From: a virus
Taxonomy: Duplodnaviria > Caudoviricetes
Length of the DNA: 35,448 nucleotides
Virus record (IMG/VR): IMGVR_UViG_3300021411_000016
Span: 1 to 35,448 of that record
Strand: one strand, 5' to 3'
Shown here piece after piece: positions 31,945-35,448 of the stretch. Position 1 is the first letter of the stretch. Each line of letters opens with the position of its first letter. Made by a program: the position numbers and the translations under genes. Below the pieces are notes generated by a model. That model had not been told where the DNA came from and searched no databases. It saw only the letters and a program-made list of their open reading frames with translations.

Positions 31945-33765
31945 TTACTCCGGTAGAATTTCGAAAAACCAGGCCGCGCCTAAAATGATGAAGGGCACTT
32001 TACTAAAGAATTCAACCTTCGGAATAAATCCTTGTCCGCGTGGAATTACGCCTAGTTTTCGCCAAACGGTTCGAGCCGTTCGTTGACCGATTGGACCCAT
32101 AAAGGCGGTTTGTCTATATTTATAGGTGACACCACCATCTTTTGAAACGGATAGGAATACTGGCGATGGGTCGGTGGAATAAAGAGGTTCTACTGGCAAA
32201 CCCTGGACGATATCTAACATCCACCGATCAATGCGAGTACGACTATAAACCGAGGGCACATAACATCGACCGATTCTTATTCTAGGGATTGGTTCACCGT
32301 CATTTGTAACAAATGCACTATCCAGTTTATATAAAATTGGCTGATTATAACTTCCAACATAGTTATTTCCGTTGAAGTAACCGTGTGTTTGCGCCGGATG
32401 CCGGTTGCCATTTAAGACTTGCTCCTCATGCCATAATTTTCCTTCTTCGGTTTGAGGATTGCTTAAAGTCACATTGTAAACATACGTATGATTTGCTTGG
32501 GTGAAATTTAATCGATAAAAAATAATGCCATTTTCTTTAATAAAAATACCACGCGCATCATTAATTTGCTGAATTTCGGCGTATTGCGCTAATTGAAAAT
32601 CAAGCGCTCGATTACTAATTGGAATAGATTCGGTGCCAATGACTTCCATGACAGCACCCAGACCATCCTTATCTTGCGACAAGAACACCATTTTATCAAA
32701 ACCCGTTACAATTGATCCTATTGCTGGCGTTCCATATTCCATCAATAATGCATTGTTGCGTCTTAACGGAAGGTTAGTACCAATACCTGCATTTTCCCAA
32801 ACTTCGGTATAATTCTGCGAGAACAAGAAAACTCGACGATGTAGAGTTCGGCACGCAACAATATCACCAGGATGCGAATTGATCGCACCCTGTTGTAATT
32901 GTCCTGGCGCGAAGGGAATAACAACGCCAGCATTAGTAATAATATCAACAGCGGTACCATTGCCTGTTAACGTAATAAAAGTATTCGATAAGGCATTCGT
33001 AAAAGAAGATGCTACATGAATTGTCGTAGGACTTACAAAAATGGCATAGTAAGTGGTATTGGCAACCAATGGAGGTGGTAACGTCCCCCCGTTAACCGTT
33101 AATTGAAATGCAGTACCTGTCGGTATGACAGTTGGCACCGTTAACAAACTGGTAACAGAACTTGCAGTAAATACATTCGTTACCAATCCCCAGCTATAGG
33201 CATTATTTAGTGCGGATAACTGAAAGGTATTGGTAGGAATTTGAGCAGATTGAGACCCACCGTTTGCGACCAATAAAAAACCATCGATAAAACACACATC
33301 AAGTGGTGCAATAGGAAAAGCAGGGTCAACCGTTCTAACATCATAAGTAAAAGTATTCGTACCTGTATCCCAAATGCATCCTATCTGACCGTTTACAAAT
33401 AATATTTGCTCGCCCGTTGCCGCATTATTAGCATCAATTCCCACATACCCCGTTCCAACAATCGTAAAGGGCTGCGTGAGAGAATTATTTAACTGAGTAA
33501 GATTGTTATTTATATCTCGACGCCAAATATCAGTACCAATCACATAATATTCAAATCCATTTAAAACATATTCAGCACGAAATCCTCCGGTGGATGATCC
33601 AAAAACAAATCCTGTATTTACAAGGCCAGAGGTGGGTAGCAAGGATGTTGGTTTTTTACCTTTAGCATCAATGTACTCGAACAGATTGATCGTGCGCTCA
33701 CAATCAATATTGGGCACACGTTGATTATTGTAACTACCTATAAACTCATAATTCTCTATAGGCAT
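31945..33765 (-). CDS. Tail hub/nozzle, P22 gp10-like
   Basis: Beta-propeller-like pattern; FIDGF, TEVWEN.G, WHE, SKDGG.T, WRKLG motifs. Confidence 0.88.
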   Translation of the reverse strand: MPIENYEFIGSYNNQRVPNIDCERTINLFEYIDAKGKKPTSLLPTSGLVNTGFVFGSSTGGFRAEYVLNGFEYYVIGTDIWRRDINNNLTQLNNSLTQPFTIVGTGYVGIDANNAATGEQILFVNGQIGCIWDTGTNTFTYDVRTVDPAFPIAPLDVCFIDGFLLVANGGSQSAQIPTNTFQLSALNNAYSWGLVTNVFTASSVTSLLTVPTVIPTGTAFQLTVNGGTLPPPLVANTTYYAIFVSPTTIHVASSFTNALSNTFITLTGNGTAVDIITNAGVVIPFAPGQLQQGAINSHPGDIVACRTLHRRVFLFSQNYTEVWENAGIGTNLPLRRNNALLMEYGTPAIGSIVTGFDKMVFLSQDKDGLGAVMEVIGTESIPISNRALDFQLAQYAEIQQINDARGIFIKENGIIFYRLNFTQANHTYVYNVTLSNPQTEEGKLWHEEQVLNGNRHPAQTHGYFNGNNYVGSYNQPILYKLDSAFVTNDGEPIPRIRIGRCYVPSVYSRTRIDRWMLDIVQGLPVEPLYSTDPSPVFLSVSKDGGVTYKYRQTAFMGPIGQRTARTVWRKLGVIPRGQGFIPKVEFFSKVPFIILGAAWFFEILPE

Positions 33766-33766
33766 G

Positions 33767-34804
33767 CTAATAGCTCAATATATTTGGCCAATAGAATGGC
33801 TCTGGAGCAGTTAAGGTCACAGACGGTCGTAGTGTTAAGTCTGTCTCGTTACAATTCTTAAATGTCTCATAGTAATCGTCGTATTCTTCCTCATTCTGTT
33901 TAGGCCAATTTCCCGAAGGATAATAGGCAATATACTTACGTCCCAATGCGTATTTTAGGAAGCCGTAATAATTAGGCGGCAATTCCGTTAGCATTTGCTG
34001 ATTGGTGATATTATTCATCATGGATTTAACTTGTATCTTACAAGCGTAAGGTTGATTAGGAATCGGATAAACTGTGATAAATGATTCTTGTGGTTGTTTG
34101 TTCAAAAAGATAAACCCAGGTCGCGATAAGAGATTCGTCTGTCTGACTACATTCCAATAAGTTGCCTTGTTGATGATTCTGAGTGGATATACCAAACTCG
34201 CATTAAGAGGTTGTGTGGGAAAATTATAGGTTGTAATAATATTGGGCGGCACACCATTGGTTAATAATGTGATAAATATGCCAGCGAGAGCATTGGCAGA
34301 TGTACTCGCTAAATACATCGTCGTGGGGCTCACTTGAATAGTATAATAGGTAACACCTGCGATTAAAGGCGATGGAACGGTGCCAGTGGTTGAGATCGTG
34401 ATCGGCGTGTTAGTAGGATAAGAAATAGTCGAACTTAACGTTAAAAGACTCGTCACGCTATTTGCTGTAAAAGGCGTGGATATTGGAATTGCGCCAGCAG
34501 GATTTCCATTGGCAGGAACAAAATAATTCGCAAATGATAAATCAACAACACGATCCGCTATAATATCAGCAGCCATCATATCGCTAATAGAATATGTGTC
34601 TTTTCCTACTGTGAAATTAAAATCAATAGTCGTTAGAAAGGGAATATAAATACTGTCGGCTGCAAACTTATCTAATAATTCATTAATCAGCCTAATTCCA
34701 AGCGATATCATAAAGCCATCGGGCGTTTCACCAACACCCAATTCACCTATCAAATATAATGAATCAACAATGAGATCATTAACCGTTGCATTGGCTTGTG
34801 GCAT
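33767..34804 (-). CDS. Head-to-tail adaptor, P22 gp4-like, with an inserted domain
   Basis: DLI..SL..IG.LGVGETP N-terminus; VYPIP and LPP.Y...LKYALG C-terminus. Confidence 0.8.
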   Translation of the reverse strand: MPQANATVNDLIVDSLYLIGELGVGETPDGFMISLGIRLINELLDKFAADSIYIPFLTTIDFNFTVGKDTYSISDMMAADIIADRVVDLSFANYFVPANGNPAGAIPISTPFTANSVTSLLTLSSTISYPTNTPITISTTGTVPSPLIAGVTYYTIQVSPTTMYLASTSANALAGIFITLLTNGVPPNIITTYNFPTQPLNASLVYPLRIINKATYWNVVRQTNLLSRPGFIFLNKQPQESFITVYPIPNQPYACKIQVKSMMNNITNQQMLTELPPNYYGFLKYALGRKYIAYYPSGNWPKQNEEEYDDYYETFKNCNETDLTLRPSVTLTAPEPFYWPNILSY

Positions 34805-34880
34805 CCTTGCCTCCAGCGCATCCTATTTAAGGAATCGACACATCATCGTGATATGTCGATTTTTCCTTAGCTTTTACACA

Positions 34881-35171
34881 TTAGGAATCGTCGCCTTCAC
34901 CATCTACAGGGAATGCAACTTTATCTAATCCCTTAGTCAATTTCTTAGCAAACCCTTGCGCCCATGCGCCGTTATTTTGCATCTCTGCATCAAACTCAAA
35001 CATGTCAGCTTTCATCTCAGGTTTGCGGCCTGAATATTTATCAAGTTCACGTTGTTGTTTTTTGACAAAGTTATCTTTTTCCATATGCTCGCGTTCATAA
35101 CGACCTTGTCGCTTGTTGGCGATTGCTGCGTCTTTTCCTGGAGCGCCATCGTATCTGTCTTTCATCTTCAT
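34881..35171 (-). CDS. Small charged protein downstream of coat
   Basis: 96-aa ORF with AAGGA SD. Confidence 0.75.
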   Translation of the reverse strand: MKMKDRYDGAPGKDAAIANKRQGRYEREHMEKDNFVKKQQRELDKYSGRKPEMKADMFEFDAEMQNNGAWAQGFAKKLTKGLDKVAFPVDGEGDDS

Positions 35172-35176
35172 ATTCC

Positions 35177-35448
35177 TTATGATAGTAATTTAACGGCATA
35201 TTGTGGATGCCATTTAAAACCGCACAAAATGTCGATACGCATTAAGTTTTGGTATCCTAGAATGTCACCCGTTTGAGTAACAGCAAGGGATAATCCGGTT
35301 TCTGGATCAACCGCAACGCTCGCATAAGGAACTTGTAATTTATAAAGAGGCGGACAAACGATATCTAATGCGCGAGCAGGATAAGCGATATTGACGTTAT
35401 ATGATGGAACAACGGTAACTGCTGCACCGGAGGGAATTGGAATATCGA
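35177..35448 (-). CDS. Major capsid protein, C-terminal part
   Basis: In-frame continuation ...VDPETGLSLAVTQTGDILGYQNLMRIDILCGFKWHPQYAVKLLS*; RxDxLxG end motif typical of P22-like coats. Confidence 0.92.
   Translation of the reverse strand, partial: DIPIPSGAAVTVVPSYNVNIAYPARALDIVCPPLYKLQVPYASVAVDPETGLSLAVTQTGDILGYQNLMRIDILCGFKWHPQYAVKLLS
35303..35448. repeat. Terminal direct repeat/assembly overlap, copy 2
   Basis: Matches 1-146 with two mismatches. Confidence 0.97.

Larger units (their letters stand above)
1..35448. mobile_element. Complete circularly permuted P22-like podophage genome (unit length 35302 bp)
   Basis: 146-bp terminal overlap; coat ORF reads in frame across the join; terminase-portal-scaffold-coat-gp4-gp10-ejection-fibre order; no host housekeeping genes. 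Confidence 0.93.

Noticed and set aside
585-35276. Shadow ORFs inside major genes (e.g. 585, 1319, 2606, 2901, 8373, 21510, 22212, 24301, 25981, 35052)
   Set aside because: Antisense or alternate-frame shadows of well-supported genes, with no SD or recognisable motifs
1-35448. Stop-codon reassignment
   Set aside because: Core genes are full length under the standard code and gaps are filled by short ORFs with SD sites

Overview
The window is a complete, circularly permuted ~35.3 kb P22-like podophage genome: positions 1-146 repeat at 35303-35448 and the coat gene spans the join. It is AT-rich, and a Gammaproteobacterial, possibly Legionellales-like, host is my inference. The minus strand carries replication (initiator with internal iterons and a DnaA box), VRR-NUC, an M15 endolysin, terminases, portal, scaffold, coat, gp4/gp10-like tail proteins, three ejection proteins and fibres. 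A plus-strand early arm (13977-20778) carries an unannotated ribbon-helix-helix regulator, Sak4/Gp157/SSB recombination genes and anti-defence candidates (tandem Tad2/DUF2829-like protein, orphan Xre/MbcA antitoxin domain). I recognise no integrase, CI repressor, Q antiterminator or holin. The most striking unannotated signals are: (1) more than a dozen gene starts whose Shine-Dalgarno GGA sits in a hairpin loop, i.e. CsrA/RsmA-type sites; (2) a tandem cluster of structured RNAs including a ~169-nt tRNA mimic; (3) a captured satellite-type GGTWACC origin with a helicase C-terminal remnant inside the tail cluster; (4) a plasmid-like control module (RHH, countertranscript, iterons); (5) an HTH-sigma70 region 4 fusion. 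All family calls come from motif recognition by eye, not from database searches.
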